Source of the DNA: Candidatus Latescibacterota bacterium | GTDB lineage: Bacteria > Latescibacterota > UBA2968 > GCA-2709665 | Assembly: GCA_965219995.1 (NCBI GenBank) | Contig: CBDCOX010000002.1 | Coordinates: 5,184,001-5,248,000, forward strand | Length of the DNA stretch: 64,000 bases | Reading direction: 5' to 3' | In this document: positions 39,032-48,777 of the stretch, piece after piece | Position numbering within the stretch: position 1 is the stretch's first letter | Layout of the letters: each line of letters starts with the position of its first letter | Program-made: the position numbers and the translations under genes | The notes under the pieces: model-generated | The model's input: only the letters and a program-made list of their open reading frames with translations | Databases searched by the model: none | What the model was told of the DNA's origin: nothing

Positions 39032-39496
39032 GTGTGCATGATCGTTGACGCCAACATGTTGGCTGAGTTCCTGGGCGATCCGATCAAGTACGACGCTGCG
39101 CCCATCCACGACTGGCTCGATCGAAGACGGGGGTCATTGGTCTACTCGACGGGGGGTCAGTACGGCGCGGAGCTCAGTCGGTCCCCGAATCTGAAGAGGA
39201 AGCTGGAGGACTACGCCCGACGGGGCCGAGCAAGAGTCATCCCCGCCGAGGAACTCGCAAACGACGAGCGTGAGTTGGCACGAAGCGCCGATCTTCGATC
39301 GGATGATCCGCACGTACTGGCGCTCGCACGAACAAGCGGCGCCCGCCTCCTCTACACTGCAGACAAAGAACTCATCGCGGACTTCAAGAACAAGGCCCTC
39401 ATCGACAAGCCACGCGGCAAGGTCTACTCCGGCGTCTCCAACAGACGCCTGCTCACGCGAACCGTCTGCCAACCATCGACCCCAACGAGGAACTGA
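39032..39496 (+). CDS. PIN-like domain protein coupled to the ATPase
   Basis: IVDAN, SDDPHVLALA, LLYTADKELIADF. Confidence 0.8.
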   Translation: MCMIVDANMLAEFLGDPIKYDAAPIHDWLDRRRGSLVYSTGGQYGAELSRSPNLKRKLEDYARRGRARVIPAEELANDERELARSADLRSDDPHVLALARTSGARLLYTADKELIADFKNKALIDKPRGKVYSGVSNRRLLTRTVCQPSTPTRN

Positions 39497-39497
39497 C

Positions 39498-40517
39498 ATG
39501 CGTACGGTACGAATGCTGGGCAACTGCGGTGTGGACGTGATCGACCTGCCGGACCCCGAGCCGGCGGAGCGCGACGAGGTGGTGGTGGAGGTCATGTCCT
39601 CGCCCCTCTGCGGGTCCGAGCGCCACGCCTGGGACGGCGGCAGGCGCATGGGCGCGAACAACGTCTTCAACAGCGGCCACGAGGGCTCCGGCGTCGTCGC
39701 GAAGGCGCGCGGCTCGAAGTACGTCAAGGAGGGCGACCGGGTCGCGCTGCACGCCGCCGCCCCCTGCGGGAGTTGCCGCTACTGCCTCGCCGGACACTGG
39801 GTCCTCTGCGACCGTCCTCCCGGCCGCCGCTTCCCCGGCAATCACTCCCAGTACGTGCTCGTCAACGAGCGCAGTTGCCTGCCCCTCGCCGACGACATCT
39901 CCTTCGAGACCGGCGCCCTGTTCGGCGACGCGATCGGCACGCCCTTTCGGGCGATCAAGCGCCTGGGCGTCACCGGGTTCGACACCGTGCTGATCACGGG
40001 CCAGGGTCCGATCGGCCTCGCGGCGACCATGCTCTGCCGCTTCCTCAACGCCCGCACCATCGTGCTCGACGTCAACCCCTACCGGCTCGAACAGGGCCGC
40101 CAATGCGGCGCCGACGCGTGCCTGAACCCGGCCGAGGAGACCGACATCCACGCACGCATCGCCGAGATCGCTGGGCCCCGCGGCATCGACGTGGCGCTCG
40201 AGTGCTCCGCCGCCCCGGAGGCGCAGACCCGGTGCATGGACGTGCTGCGCAAGAGCGGGCGGATGGCGCTGATCGGCGTGAGCGACAAGGGTCCGACGAT
40301 CAACACGATGCAGCACTTCACGCTGAAGGAGATCGAGGTGATCGGCACCTGGTATTCCGCACCGACGGATCACGAGGAACTCGAGGCGCTCGTGCGGCGC
40401 GGCCTCCCGGCGGACGACATGGTCACCCACCGCTTCGGCATCGAGCAGGCCCCCGAGGCCTTCGACCTGTTCTTCGGCGGAGACGCCGCGAAGGTCGTCC
40501 TCGAACCCTGGGCCTGA
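39498..40517 (+). CDS. Zinc-dependent (MDR) alcohol/polyol dehydrogenase
   Basis: LCGSE, GHEGSG, CGSCRYC...C, GQGPIG, MVTHRF. Confidence 0.92.
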   Translation: MRTVRMLGNCGVDVIDLPDPEPAERDEVVVEVMSSPLCGSERHAWDGGRRMGANNVFNSGHEGSGVVAKARGSKYVKEGDRVALHAAAPCGSCRYCLAGHWVLCDRPPGRRFPGNHSQYVLVNERSCLPLADDISFETGALFGDAIGTPFRAIKRLGVTGFDTVLITGQGPIGLAATMLCRFLNARTIVLDVNPYRLEQGRQCGADACLNPAEETDIHARIAEIAGPRGIDVALECSAAPEAQTRCMDVLRKSGRMALIGVSDKGPTINTMQHFTLKEIEVIGTWYSAPTDHEELEALVRRGLPADDMVTHRFGIEQAPEAFDLFFGGDAAKVVLEPWA

Positions 40518-40535
40518 GGATCCCGATCGCGCCGA

Positions 40536-42380
40536 TCAGTCTCCGAGCCGGATGCGGGCCGCCTTCTCCGCGTCGTACCACCACCCGTGCGGGAACGGCG
40601 ACCGGTACTTCGCTTCGAGCGCCCGTGCCGGCCGGCCGAACTTGTCCCAGTACGCGAGGAACGGATCGGCCACCGCGTTCAGCGGGACCTGGTAGTAGCC
40701 CCAGAGCAGTACGCGGTCGAGCGCCCGGAGGGCGGTCCGCATGGTCTCGAACGACGTGGCGTCCGTCGCGGTCTCCACCAGCGCGTCCACGGCGGGATGC
40801 GCGATGCCGGCCATGTTGCGCGTGAGCGGCATGCCGGCGGCCATCGAGTGGAAGAACCCCTTCAGTTCGATGATCGGCGGCAGCAGGATGTCGTGGTTGC
40901 GCAGGCCCGCCTCGAAGTCGAGACTCCGGCGGCGGTTGATGTACTCGGTGTTGTCCACGGTGCGGATCGTGCCCCGGATACCGAGTTGCGCGAGGCTGTC
41001 GATGTAGGGGAGCAGCGTCCGCTGGTCCGCCGGGGAACGCGACAGGAACTCGATCTCGAAGGGCTCGCCGCGGTCGTTCACGAGGGCGCCGCCGCGAACC
41101 CGCCATCCGGCCTCCTCGAGCAGGGCACGGGCACGCTCGAGGCCCGCCCGGTTGCGTCCGGAACCGCTCGACGCCGGCAGTGCGAACGGCTCGGTGAAGA
41201 GTTCCGCCGGCAACGTGCCGCGGAGCGGCTCCAGCAGTGCGAGTTCCGCCTCGTCCGGAAGCCCGGTCGCCGCGAACGGGGTGTTCGGGAAGTGGCTCTC
41301 CGCGCGCTCGTGGAGCCCCCGGTGCAGTGCCCGGTTCTGCCAGTCGAAGTCCATCGCGTAGGTCAGCGCCTGGCGCACGCGGCGGTCGTCGAAGGGCGGC
41401 CGGCGCGTGTTCCAGCTCAGCATGAGCCGCACGCCGATCTCGATGCGCAGGTAATACTTGCCCTTGACCAGCCAGCCCCGCGCATGGGCCGGCGTGTCGT
41501 AGGACGACACCCAGTGCCGGAGGTCCTGCTCGATCCAGTAGTCGAAGAGCCCCTTGCGGAAGGCCTCCCGCGCCACCGTGCCGTCCCGGTACACCTCGTA
41601 GCGCAGGACGTCGAAGTTGTAACGGCCCCGGTTCGGCGGCGTGTCGCGGCCCCAGTAGTCCGGCACGCGCTCGTACCGCACGCTGCGGCCCGGCTCGAAG
41701 TCCGCCACCCGGTACGGGCCGCTGCCGAGGTGCGGGACGAGGTCGGGCTTTCGGGGGTCCCGGCCCTTCCAGTAGTGGGCCGGCAGCACGGTCATGAAGT
41801 TGAGGATCGTGAAGTTGGCCGCCGTCACGTCGGCATGGGTGTGCAGGACGAACTCCCGGTCGTTCAGCACCTCGATCGACGCGATCCAGCCCAGCACGTC
41901 CGGGAGTCCCGCGGCGAACGGGTCCGCCCGGATCGTCTCCATCGTGTAGGCCACGTCGGCCGACGTGATCGGCACGCCGTCGTGCCAGTGCGCCTCCGGA
42001 CGCAACCTGAACGCGATCCAACGCCGGTCCGGGGAGACGGCGAGCCCCTCGGCCAGGTCGCCGTAGTACGCGTTCATCTCGTCGCCGGAGATCGTCAGCA
42101 GCCGGTCCAGGGTCAGGTCCGAGCCGGGCGCCCGCGCACCGGTGGACGACAGCGGCGCGAGGGTGTCGAAGGCGGCCATGTGCGACATCACCAGCGTTCC
42201 GCCCTTCGGCGCATCGGGGTTGTGATAGTCGAAATGCGTGTAGTCCGGCGGGTACTTCAGTTCCCCGAACATCGAGTAGCCGTGGCGGTAGTCGATCGCG
42301 GGGCGTTCGGCACGCTGCGCGGCAAGCGCGCTCGCCGCGACGCACAGGGAAACGCACAGGGCCGCGAGCCGCCTCCACAC
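40536..42380 (-). CDS. ABC transporter periplasmic peptide-binding protein (family 5, YejA-like)
   Basis: HGYSMFGELKYPPDYTHFDYHNPDAPKGG, GSGPYRV, GRYNFD, FDDRRVRQAL, ALDRVLLWGYY. Start uncertain (42380-42407). Confidence 0.9.
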   Translation of the reverse strand: MWRRLAALCVSLCVAASALAAQRAERPAIDYRHGYSMFGELKYPPDYTHFDYHNPDAPKGGTLVMSHMAAFDTLAPLSSTGARAPGSDLTLDRLLTISGDEMNAYYGDLAEGLAVSPDRRWIAFRLRPEAHWHDGVPITSADVAYTMETIRADPFAAGLPDVLGWIASIEVLNDREFVLHTHADVTAANFTILNFMTVLPAHYWKGRDPRKPDLVPHLGSGPYRVADFEPGRSVRYERVPDYWGRDTPPNRGRYNFDVLRYEVYRDGTVAREAFRKGLFDYWIEQDLRHWVSSYDTPAHARGWLVKGKYYLRIEIGVRLMLSWNTRRPPFDDRRVRQALTYAMDFDWQNRALHRGLHERAESHFPNTPFAATGLPDEAELALLEPLRGTLPAELFTEPFALPASSGSGRNRAGLERARALLEEAGWRVRGGALVNDRGEPFEIEFLSRSPADQRTLLPYIDSLAQLGIRGTIRTVDNTEYINRRRSLDFEAGLRNHDILLPPIIELKGFFHSMAAGMPLTRNMAGIAHPAVDALVETATDATSFETMRTALRALDRVLLWGYYQVPLNAVADPFLAYWDKFGRPARALEAKYRSPFPHGWWYDAEKAARIRLGD

Positions 42381-42387
42381 GACGGTT

Positions 42388-44016
42388 TCAGCCGTCGATG
42401 AGGACACCCGGATTGAGGATGCCGTTCGGATCGAGGCGCCCCTTGGCGGCCTTCAGCACTTCCGCGAACAGGTCCGGGCGCTGGCGGTCCCAGCCGGGCC
42501 GGTGCATGCGTCCCACGGCGTGGTGATGCGTGACCGTGCCGCCGGCGTCCACGACCGCGGCGGTCGCTTCGTCCTTGATCGCCTGCCACTGTTCCGCTTC
42601 GCCGCCGAGCGCCGCCGCTCCGTTCCACGAGTAGTAGGGCGCGGGCCCGTCGGGATAGACGTGCGTGAAGCGGCAGGACAGCGCGGCGCCCTCCCCCAGC
42701 ACGTCCTCGAGGACGCGCGTCATCCGTTCGCGTACCGCCGCGTCGAACGCGGGCCAGCGGTCCCAGGTGATGGCCGTCTCGAACGTGTCGGACAGCAGGC
42801 CGAGCCCGTTTGTCACCCCCGCGTTGACGCCGATGAAGGCGTTGCGCCACGCCCCCACCGCGCCCCCGCGGCCCGTGGCCTGGCCGCGTCCGTCGTCGAC
42901 GAGGATGTCCTCGTCCGCGATGCGCCCGCCGTGGTCGCGCGCCAGCGCCACCGCCTGCTCGATGTTCGCGCCCTGCGGGACGTCCGCCGACTCGAAGCCG
43001 ATGATGAGCAGGGCCGACGTGCCGTCGAGCCCGGCGCTCGCACCCGCTTCCACGGGGTCGAGGATGCGCAGGTTGGCCGGCCAGAGCTTCGCCTGTACGA
43101 CGGCGCGCACCGCCTCCGTGCCCGTGCGCCAGTCCGGGAACGTGATGCCCGCCGTCGCGCGGAATCGCGGGCGTTTCTGCAGGCGCAGCCAGCACTCGCT
43201 GATGATGCCGAGCGTGCCCTCCGACCCGATCACGAGCCGGTCCGGGCTCGGGCCCGCGCCGCTGCCCGGCAGGCGCCGCGTCTCCATCCATCCCGCCGGC
43301 GACAGCATGCGCGTCGACTCCACGAAGTCGTCGATGTGGGTGTGGTTGGTCGCGTAGTGGCCCCCGGAACGCGTCGCCACCCAGCCGCCCACCGTGGACC
43401 ACGGGAAGCTCTGCGGGAAGTGCCGCAAGGTCAGCCCCATCGGCCGCAGGGCGGCTTCGAGGTCCGGTCCCAGGAGGCCGGCGCCGAAGCGGCCGGCGCG
43501 CGAGACCTCGTCGATCTCGAGTACGTCGCTCAGGTGGTCCAGGTCGATGCTCACCGCGGCGTCCGACCCCTCGGGCACGTTCAGGCCCCACACCACCGAC
43601 GTCCCGCCGCCGTAGGGAATCGCCGTGTAGCCGCCGGTGTCGCACCATGCGAGCACGGCCTCGAGTTCGTCCTCCGTGCGCGGATGCGCGACCGCGTCCG
43701 GCGGGTTGTCGAACACGCCGCGCAGTGCCTTCAGGAGTTCCATCGAGTGTCCGCCGTAGGTATGCGTCGCGCGCTCCGCATGGTCGTTCGTCACGCAGCC
43801 GGCGAGGCGGGCGGGAACGTCGATCCTGGCGGGCCTGAGGGAAACCTCCCCGAGGTCGGGGACGGGGGGCGGCGTCACGTCGCGCCCGAAGCGGGCCGAC
43901 AGCCGTTCGGCCGCCGCACGGCGCTCGTCGGCGGACGGCTCGTCCGAGACGTAACCCCAGGTCCAGAAGCTGCGGCGTTCCGAGCGTGCGGCCACCCGAG
44001 ATCCCTCGTTCGACAA
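42388..44016 (-). CDS. FAD-binding oxidoreductase (alkyl-DHAP synthase-like, FAD_binding_4)
   Basis: FWTWG, PYGGGTSVV, RHFPQSF, STVGGWVATRSGG, GSEGTLG, THHHAVG, DPNGILNPG. Confidence 0.92.
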   Translation of the reverse strand: MSNEGSRVAARSERRSFWTWGYVSDEPSADERRAAAERLSARFGRDVTPPPVPDLGEVSLRPARIDVPARLAGCVTNDHAERATHTYGGHSMELLKALRGVFDNPPDAVAHPRTEDELEAVLAWCDTGGYTAIPYGGGTSVVWGLNVPEGSDAAVSIDLDHLSDVLEIDEVSRAGRFGAGLLGPDLEAALRPMGLTLRHFPQSFPWSTVGGWVATRSGGHYATNHTHIDDFVESTRMLSPAGWMETRRLPGSGAGPSPDRLVIGSEGTLGIISECWLRLQKRPRFRATAGITFPDWRTGTEAVRAVVQAKLWPANLRILDPVEAGASAGLDGTSALLIIGFESADVPQGANIEQAVALARDHGGRIADEDILVDDGRGQATGRGGAVGAWRNAFIGVNAGVTNGLGLLSDTFETAITWDRWPAFDAAVRERMTRVLEDVLGEGAALSCRFTHVYPDGPAPYYSWNGAAALGGEAEQWQAIKDEATAAVVDAGGTVTHHHAVGRMHRPGWDRQRPDLFAEVLKAAKGRLDPNGILNPGVLIDG

Positions 44017-44094
44017 CTGCGATGCGGTAAGCTACCACGCTCGTCGGGTACCGCCCGTCCGTCCAACGTCAGCCACAGGAAAACCCGTCCCGCC

Positions 44095-44175
44095 ATGCGC
44101 GAAGCCGCCGTCGCCGCCATGCAGGGGTTCATCGACGCGTTCAATGCGCAGAATCACGAGGCGCTCGGCGACTGA
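44095..44175 (+). pseudogene. Possible remnant of a SnoaL/NTF2-like gene N-terminus
   Basis: MREAAVAAMQGFIDAFNAQNHEALGD* resembles a SnoaL first helix (F.DAFN..D.EAL) but stops after 26 aa. Confidence 0.4.
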
Positions 44176-44178
44176 AAG

Positions 44179-44583
44179 ATGGGACTCGACCGCGTGCACG
44201 GCATCGTGCAGGAGGGCTTCGCGCGGACGATGGGCATCGAGTTCGTCGAGTCCGAGCCGGACCGCGTCGTCCTGCGCCTGCCCTATGGGCCGCACCTCGG
44301 CGTCGGGCGCATCCACGGCGGAGCCATCAGCGCGTTCGTCGACACCGCCGCCACCGCGGCATTCTGGTCGCTGCCCGAACCGCCGCCCAACGCCCGTGGC
44401 GCCACCGTCGGGTTCACGATCAACTACCTGCGCCTGGCGGTCGGCATCGACCTCACGGCCACGGCGACGGTACGCCGGCGGGGCGGCACGATCTCCGTCG
44501 GCGAGGTGTGCGTGACGGACGCCGCCGGGGCGGAGATCGCCATGGCAACGGTCACCTACAAGCTCGACGCGGGCACGCGTTGA
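44179..44583 (+). CDS. PaaI-family thioesterase (hotdog fold)
   Basis: IHGGAISAFVDTA, TINYLR. Confidence 0.9.
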   Translation: MGLDRVHGIVQEGFARTMGIEFVESEPDRVVLRLPYGPHLGVGRIHGGAISAFVDTAATAAFWSLPEPPPNARGATVGFTINYLRLAVGIDLTATATVRRRGGTISVGEVCVTDAAGAEIAMATVTYKLDAGTR

Positions 44584-44615
44584 CGAACCATAAGCACTTC
44601 ATTCGGGAGCAGATC

Positions 44616-45092
44616 ATGTTGAGACCCCTGGCCGCCTTCCTCCTCGCCGCCCTGCTGGGCAGCGCCGCCTTTGCCCAGGACGTCGCCACGGCCGAGATCG
44701 CCGCGCTGCTTGCGACCTACGCGCGCGCCACCAACACGCTCGACCTGGAGCTCGCCGAGGAGATCTGGAGCCAGGACCCCCGCGTCTCGTTCATCCATCC
44801 GCGCGGCCATCAACGCGGCTGGGAGGAAATCAGGGAGAACTTCTACCTCGGAGCGATGGGTGGACTGCCGACGCGACATCTCACGATCGGTGACTTCGAG
44901 ATACACCCACTCACCGACGATACGGCATGGTCCGATTTCTACTGGACCTTCGAGGCGAGTCTTCCCGACGGCACGCCCATCAACTCGGCGGGCCGCGAGA
45001 CGCAGATCTACCGGCGCGAGAACGGCGTCTGGCAGATCCATCACGTGCACTACTCCGGCATGCCCACGCAGGAGGAAGGCGAGGGCTTCTAG
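44616..45092 (+). CDS. Exported NTF2/SnoaL-like protein
   Basis: Signal peptide; FIHPRGHQRGWEEI, GRETQIY, WQIHHVHYSG. Confidence 0.85.
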   Translation: MLRPLAAFLLAALLGSAAFAQDVATAEIAALLATYARATNTLDLELAEEIWSQDPRVSFIHPRGHQRGWEEIRENFYLGAMGGLPTRHLTIGDFEIHPLTDDTAWSDFYWTFEASLPDGTPINSAGRETQIYRRENGVWQIHHVHYSGMPTQEEGEGF

Positions 45093-45130
45093 CAGCTGCC
45101 GCCGCGTCCCCAACCCGATCGGAGACCCGC

Positions 45131-46582
45131 ATGAAAGCCATCTTCATCCTGCTCGACAGCCTGAACCGCAACTACCTGCCGATCTATGGCAACGACTGGG
45201 TGCGGGCGCCGAACATCACCCGGCTCGCGAACAGCGGCGTCGTCCACGACAACCACTGGCTGGGGTCCGCCCCCTGCATGCCGGCGCGGCGCGACATCAT
45301 GACGGGGCGCCTGAACTTCCTCGAGCGGCCCTGGGGCGCCATCGAGCCGTTCGACGTGCCGTTCCCCGGCCTCCTGCGCAAGGCGGGCATCCGTTCGCAC
45401 ATGGAGACCGACCACTACCACTACTTCCACGTCGGCGGCGAGAACTACCACACCCAGTTCGACACCTACCAGTTCCACCGCGGCCAGGAGAACGACTGCT
45501 GGCAGTCGCGCGCGCGGCCGCCGGCGGAACCGGAGCACCTCGGGCGGTGGACCGAGCAGTACGCGCTCAACGCCGAGCGCTTCACCTCCGCGGCGGAGTT
45601 CCCGACGCCGAAGACCTTCCTCGGCGCCGTGGACTGGCTGCAGCGCAATGAGGGGACGGACGACTTCCTCCTCTGGGTGGAGGGCTTCGACCCCCACGAG
45701 CCGTTCGACTGTCCGCGGGTCTACGTGGACCAGTACGGCGACGACTGGTCGGGACCGCTGAACCTGTGGACGGGCTACGACCGGGCGGAGGGCGGAGAGG
45801 ACGCCATCCGGCACCTGCGCCGCCGCTACGCCGGCACGCTTTCGATGGCGGACGAGTATCTCGGCCGGCTGCTCGACGAACTCGAGCGGCAGGGCATCTT
45901 CGAGGAGACGCTCATCATCCTGACCACCGACCACGGCCACCTCATCGGCGAGCACGGCTGCACCGGCAAGAACCGGTGGCATGCCTGGAACGAACTCTCG
46001 AACCTGCCCCTCGTCGCCAAGCTGCCCGGGAACCGGCACGCCGGGCAACGCCGCGCGCAGCTCACGCAGAACATCGACGTCATGCCGACGCTGCTCGACT
46101 ACTTCGGGGTGGACTGCCCGCACGCGATCCACGGAGAGTCCCTGCGGGGCGTGTTCGAGGCGGACGCGCCTGTGGCCCGCGAGGCCGTCCTCTACGGCTG
46201 GTTCGGCATGCCCGTGAACGTGACCGACGGGAGCTACACCTACATGCGGGCCGCCGCCCAGGCCGACAACGCACCGCTCTTCATGCACTACCAGATCCCG
46301 ACGTCCTACCACTTCCACAGCCTGCCGGGCGACCGCATGTTCCGCGAGGCGGAGTTCGGCAGCTTCCTGCCCTATACCGACATGCCGGTGGTCCGCGCGC
46401 GTTCCGGGATGCGGCGGACGGACATCGTGAAGGACTCGCAGCTCTTCCACCTCGGCAACGATCCCCGGCAGACGCGCAACCTCGTCGGCAAGCCGGCGGA
46501 GGCGCGCTACGTGGACGTGCTCCGGCGGACCATGGAAGCCGCCGACGCGCCCCCCTCGCAGTTCGAGCGGCTGGGTCTGTAG
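45131..46582 (+). CDS. Sulfatase (Cys-type formylglycine)
   Basis: LLDSLNR, CMPARRDIMTG (CxPxR), FDPHEPF, TDHGH. Confidence 0.93.
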   Translation: MKAIFILLDSLNRNYLPIYGNDWVRAPNITRLANSGVVHDNHWLGSAPCMPARRDIMTGRLNFLERPWGAIEPFDVPFPGLLRKAGIRSHMETDHYHYFHVGGENYHTQFDTYQFHRGQENDCWQSRARPPAEPEHLGRWTEQYALNAERFTSAAEFPTPKTFLGAVDWLQRNEGTDDFLLWVEGFDPHEPFDCPRVYVDQYGDDWSGPLNLWTGYDRAEGGEDAIRHLRRRYAGTLSMADEYLGRLLDELERQGIFEETLIILTTDHGHLIGEHGCTGKNRWHAWNELSNLPLVAKLPGNRHAGQRRAQLTQNIDVMPTLLDYFGVDCPHAIHGESLRGVFEADAPVAREAVLYGWFGMPVNVTDGSYTYMRAAAQADNAPLFMHYQIPTSYHFHSLPGDRMFREAEFGSFLPYTDMPVVRARSGMRRTDIVKDSQLFHLGNDPRQTRNLVGKPAEARYVDVLRRTMEAADAPPSQFERLGL

Positions 46583-46620
46583 GCGGCCGCCGCCACGCGC
46601 GCCGTCGAGCCAGGCTGAAA

Positions 46621-47301
46621 ATGGGCGCCCTCGCCGGAACCGCGTTGCTCGTCGTCCTCGCCGCAGGGGGCGACCGCGCCCTCTCCCTGTTCCGCTCCGT
46701 CGCGGCAGCCAACCCGCCGGCGGACGACCGGCTGTCGTGCAGCTACACGACGCGCGCGACGATCCAGGGACGCGACCTCGAGGAGCGCTTCACGCCCGGC
46801 GAGGGCTGGCGTCTCGTCGCCATCGGCGACCGGTCCCCTTCCCTCCAGGAACTCGAGCGCTACGAGGGGGGCGCGGAGGACCGCCGCCGGCGCGGACATC
46901 CCACGGAGTTCGACGTCGCCGCGATGGCGCGCGAGGAGACGGTCGTCCTCGCCGACGAAGACTACGAGACGCTGACCTTCACGTTCGCCCTGGCGCCCTC
47001 CGAGGACAGCGACGCGCCTCCGTTCCTGGACAAGCTGCAGGGCACGCTGACGGTGCGCAAGTCCGGGTTCGTGCCAACGTCGTTCGTGCTGGAAGCCCTC
47101 GAGGAGGTCTCTCCGGGACCGACCGTGAAGATCCACGAGTTCCGCCAGGAGACGACCTTCTACCGCGACGCGGCGTCGGGCGCCCTCCTCGTCGAGTCGG
47201 TGCACGTCGACATGCGCGGCAAGGCCTTCCTGTTCAAGACGCTGGACGAGGACCGGCGCGTGCGGTACGCGGACTACGTCTGCACGCCGTCGGCTTCCTG
47301 A
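46621..47301 (+). CDS. Hypothetical exported protein
   Basis: Hydrophobic N-terminus and beta-rich body; fills the gap between the sulfatase and Nramp genes on the same strand. Confidence 0.65.
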   Translation: MGALAGTALLVVLAAGGDRALSLFRSVAAANPPADDRLSCSYTTRATIQGRDLEERFTPGEGWRLVAIGDRSPSLQELERYEGGAEDRRRRGHPTEFDVAAMAREETVVLADEDYETLTFTFALAPSEDSDAPPFLDKLQGTLTVRKSGFVPTSFVLEALEEVSPGPTVKIHEFRQETTFYRDAASGALLVESVHVDMRGKAFLFKTLDEDRRVRYADYVCTPSAS

Positions 47302-47332
47302 CCCGGCCGGCGCCAAGACAGGGAGAGCCACG

Positions 47333-48712
47333 CTGAGCGACGATCCCTACACCATCCGCCCCGGCGAAACCCGGGAACCGCCGCGGGGGCTGCTCGCCCG
47401 GCTGCGCAACCTCGGCCCGGGGATCGTCGTCTCCGGCTCCATCGTGGGGTCCGGCGAGATCCTGCTGACGGCCGGGCTCGGAGCGGCCGCGGGTTTCGTC
47501 CTCCTCTGGTGGGTGCTGTTCTCCTGCTGGATCAAGTCCCTCATCCAGGCGGAACTCGCGCGCTATGTCGTCACCACCGGCGACACCTACCTGCGCGCGC
47601 TGAACCGTCTGCCGGGCAAGCTCCGCTTCTTCAACAAGGAGCGCGTGGCCTGGCCGATCTGGCTCGGCCTCGTGGGGTTCGTGCCCGGCATCCTCATCGG
47701 CGGCGGGATCATCGGCGGCGCCGGCCAGGCGCTCGGACTGCTCCTCGGCCCCGTGGTTCCGGCGATGACCGAAACGTGGGCCACGGTGTCCGCTGCGGCC
47801 CTGGTCATGCTCATCCTCGGCACCGGGGCGTACATGCGCCTCGAGAAGGCCATGCTCGTCCTCGTCATGAGCTTCACGGCGGCCACGATCGTCTCGGCGC
47901 TCCTCATGCAGACGACGGAGTTCCGCGCCACCGGCGCCGACATCCTGTCCGGCCTGACCTTCGACTTCCCCCTCGAGCACGCCGTGCTCGCCCTCGCCAT
48001 GTACGGCGCCACCGGCGTCGCTTCGGGCGAGATCGCGGCCTACACCTACTGGTGCGTGGAGAAGGGCTATCCGACCTTCGTGGGCGGCGACCGCAACGAT
48101 CCCGGGTGGGTGGAACGGGCGCGGGGCTGGGTGCGCGTGGTCCAGACCGACGTGTGGGTGACGCTCGTCATCCTGACCTTCGCGACGCTCTCGTTCTTCT
48201 TCCTCGGCGCCGGCGTGCTGCATCGCATCGGCGAACTGCCGTCCGGTTCCGAGACGATCGCCGTCCTGTCCCGCATGTACACGCAGACCCTCGGGCCCTG
48301 GTCCTTCTGGCTGTTCAGCTTCGGGGCGTTCTGCATCCTGTTCTCGACGTCCCTGTCCGGCATCGGCGCCGGTTCCCGCAGCTTCCCCGACCTCCTCGTC
48401 ACCCTCGGCTTCATCCCGCGGAGCAACCTCGCGCTGCGGCGCAAGTGGATCGCCGGATACGTCGTCGCGATGCCCATCATCAGCGCCGGGCTCTACCTGT
48501 GGTTCCCGCAACCGATCGTGCTCGTCACCTTCGGGGCGACGTACGGCGCCTTCATGCTGCCCCTGCAGAGCTTCCTGACGTTCTACCTGCAGAAGCGCCG
48601 CATGGACCCGCGGGTCCTGCCGGGGTCCTGGGTGCGCTGGGCGGTGGCGGCGATCTTTGTCGTGCAGGCGTTCCTGTCGCTGTTCATCATCCGGAACATC
48701 CTGTTCGCGTAA
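47333..48712 (+). CDS. Nramp-like (NRAMP/MntH-related) transporter; probable CTG start
   Basis: In-frame extension LSDDPY...LGPGIVVSGSIVGSGE; ~11 TM segments; YTYWCVEKG; GGGAGAG upstream of CTG 47333. Confidence 0.85.
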   Translation: MSDDPYTIRPGETREPPRGLLARLRNLGPGIVVSGSIVGSGEILLTAGLGAAAGFVLLWWVLFSCWIKSLIQAELARYVVTTGDTYLRALNRLPGKLRFFNKERVAWPIWLGLVGFVPGILIGGGIIGGAGQALGLLLGPVVPAMTETWATVSAAALVMLILGTGAYMRLEKAMLVLVMSFTAATIVSALLMQTTEFRATGADILSGLTFDFPLEHAVLALAMYGATGVASGEIAAYTYWCVEKGYPTFVGGDRNDPGWVERARGWVRVVQTDVWVTLVILTFATLSFFFLGAGVLHRIGELPSGSETIAVLSRMYTQTLGPWSFWLFSFGAFCILFSTSLSGIGAGSRSFPDLLVTLGFIPRSNLALRRKWIAGYVVAMPIISAGLYLWFPQPIVLVTFGATYGAFMLPLQSFLTFYLQKRRMDPRVLPGSWVRWAVAAIFVVQAFLSLFIIRNILFA

Positions 48713-48777
48713 GCGGCGCCGCGCCGCCCCGTTTGACCCGTTCGCCGATCCCTCCCAAACTTGCGCCGGAGGCCACG

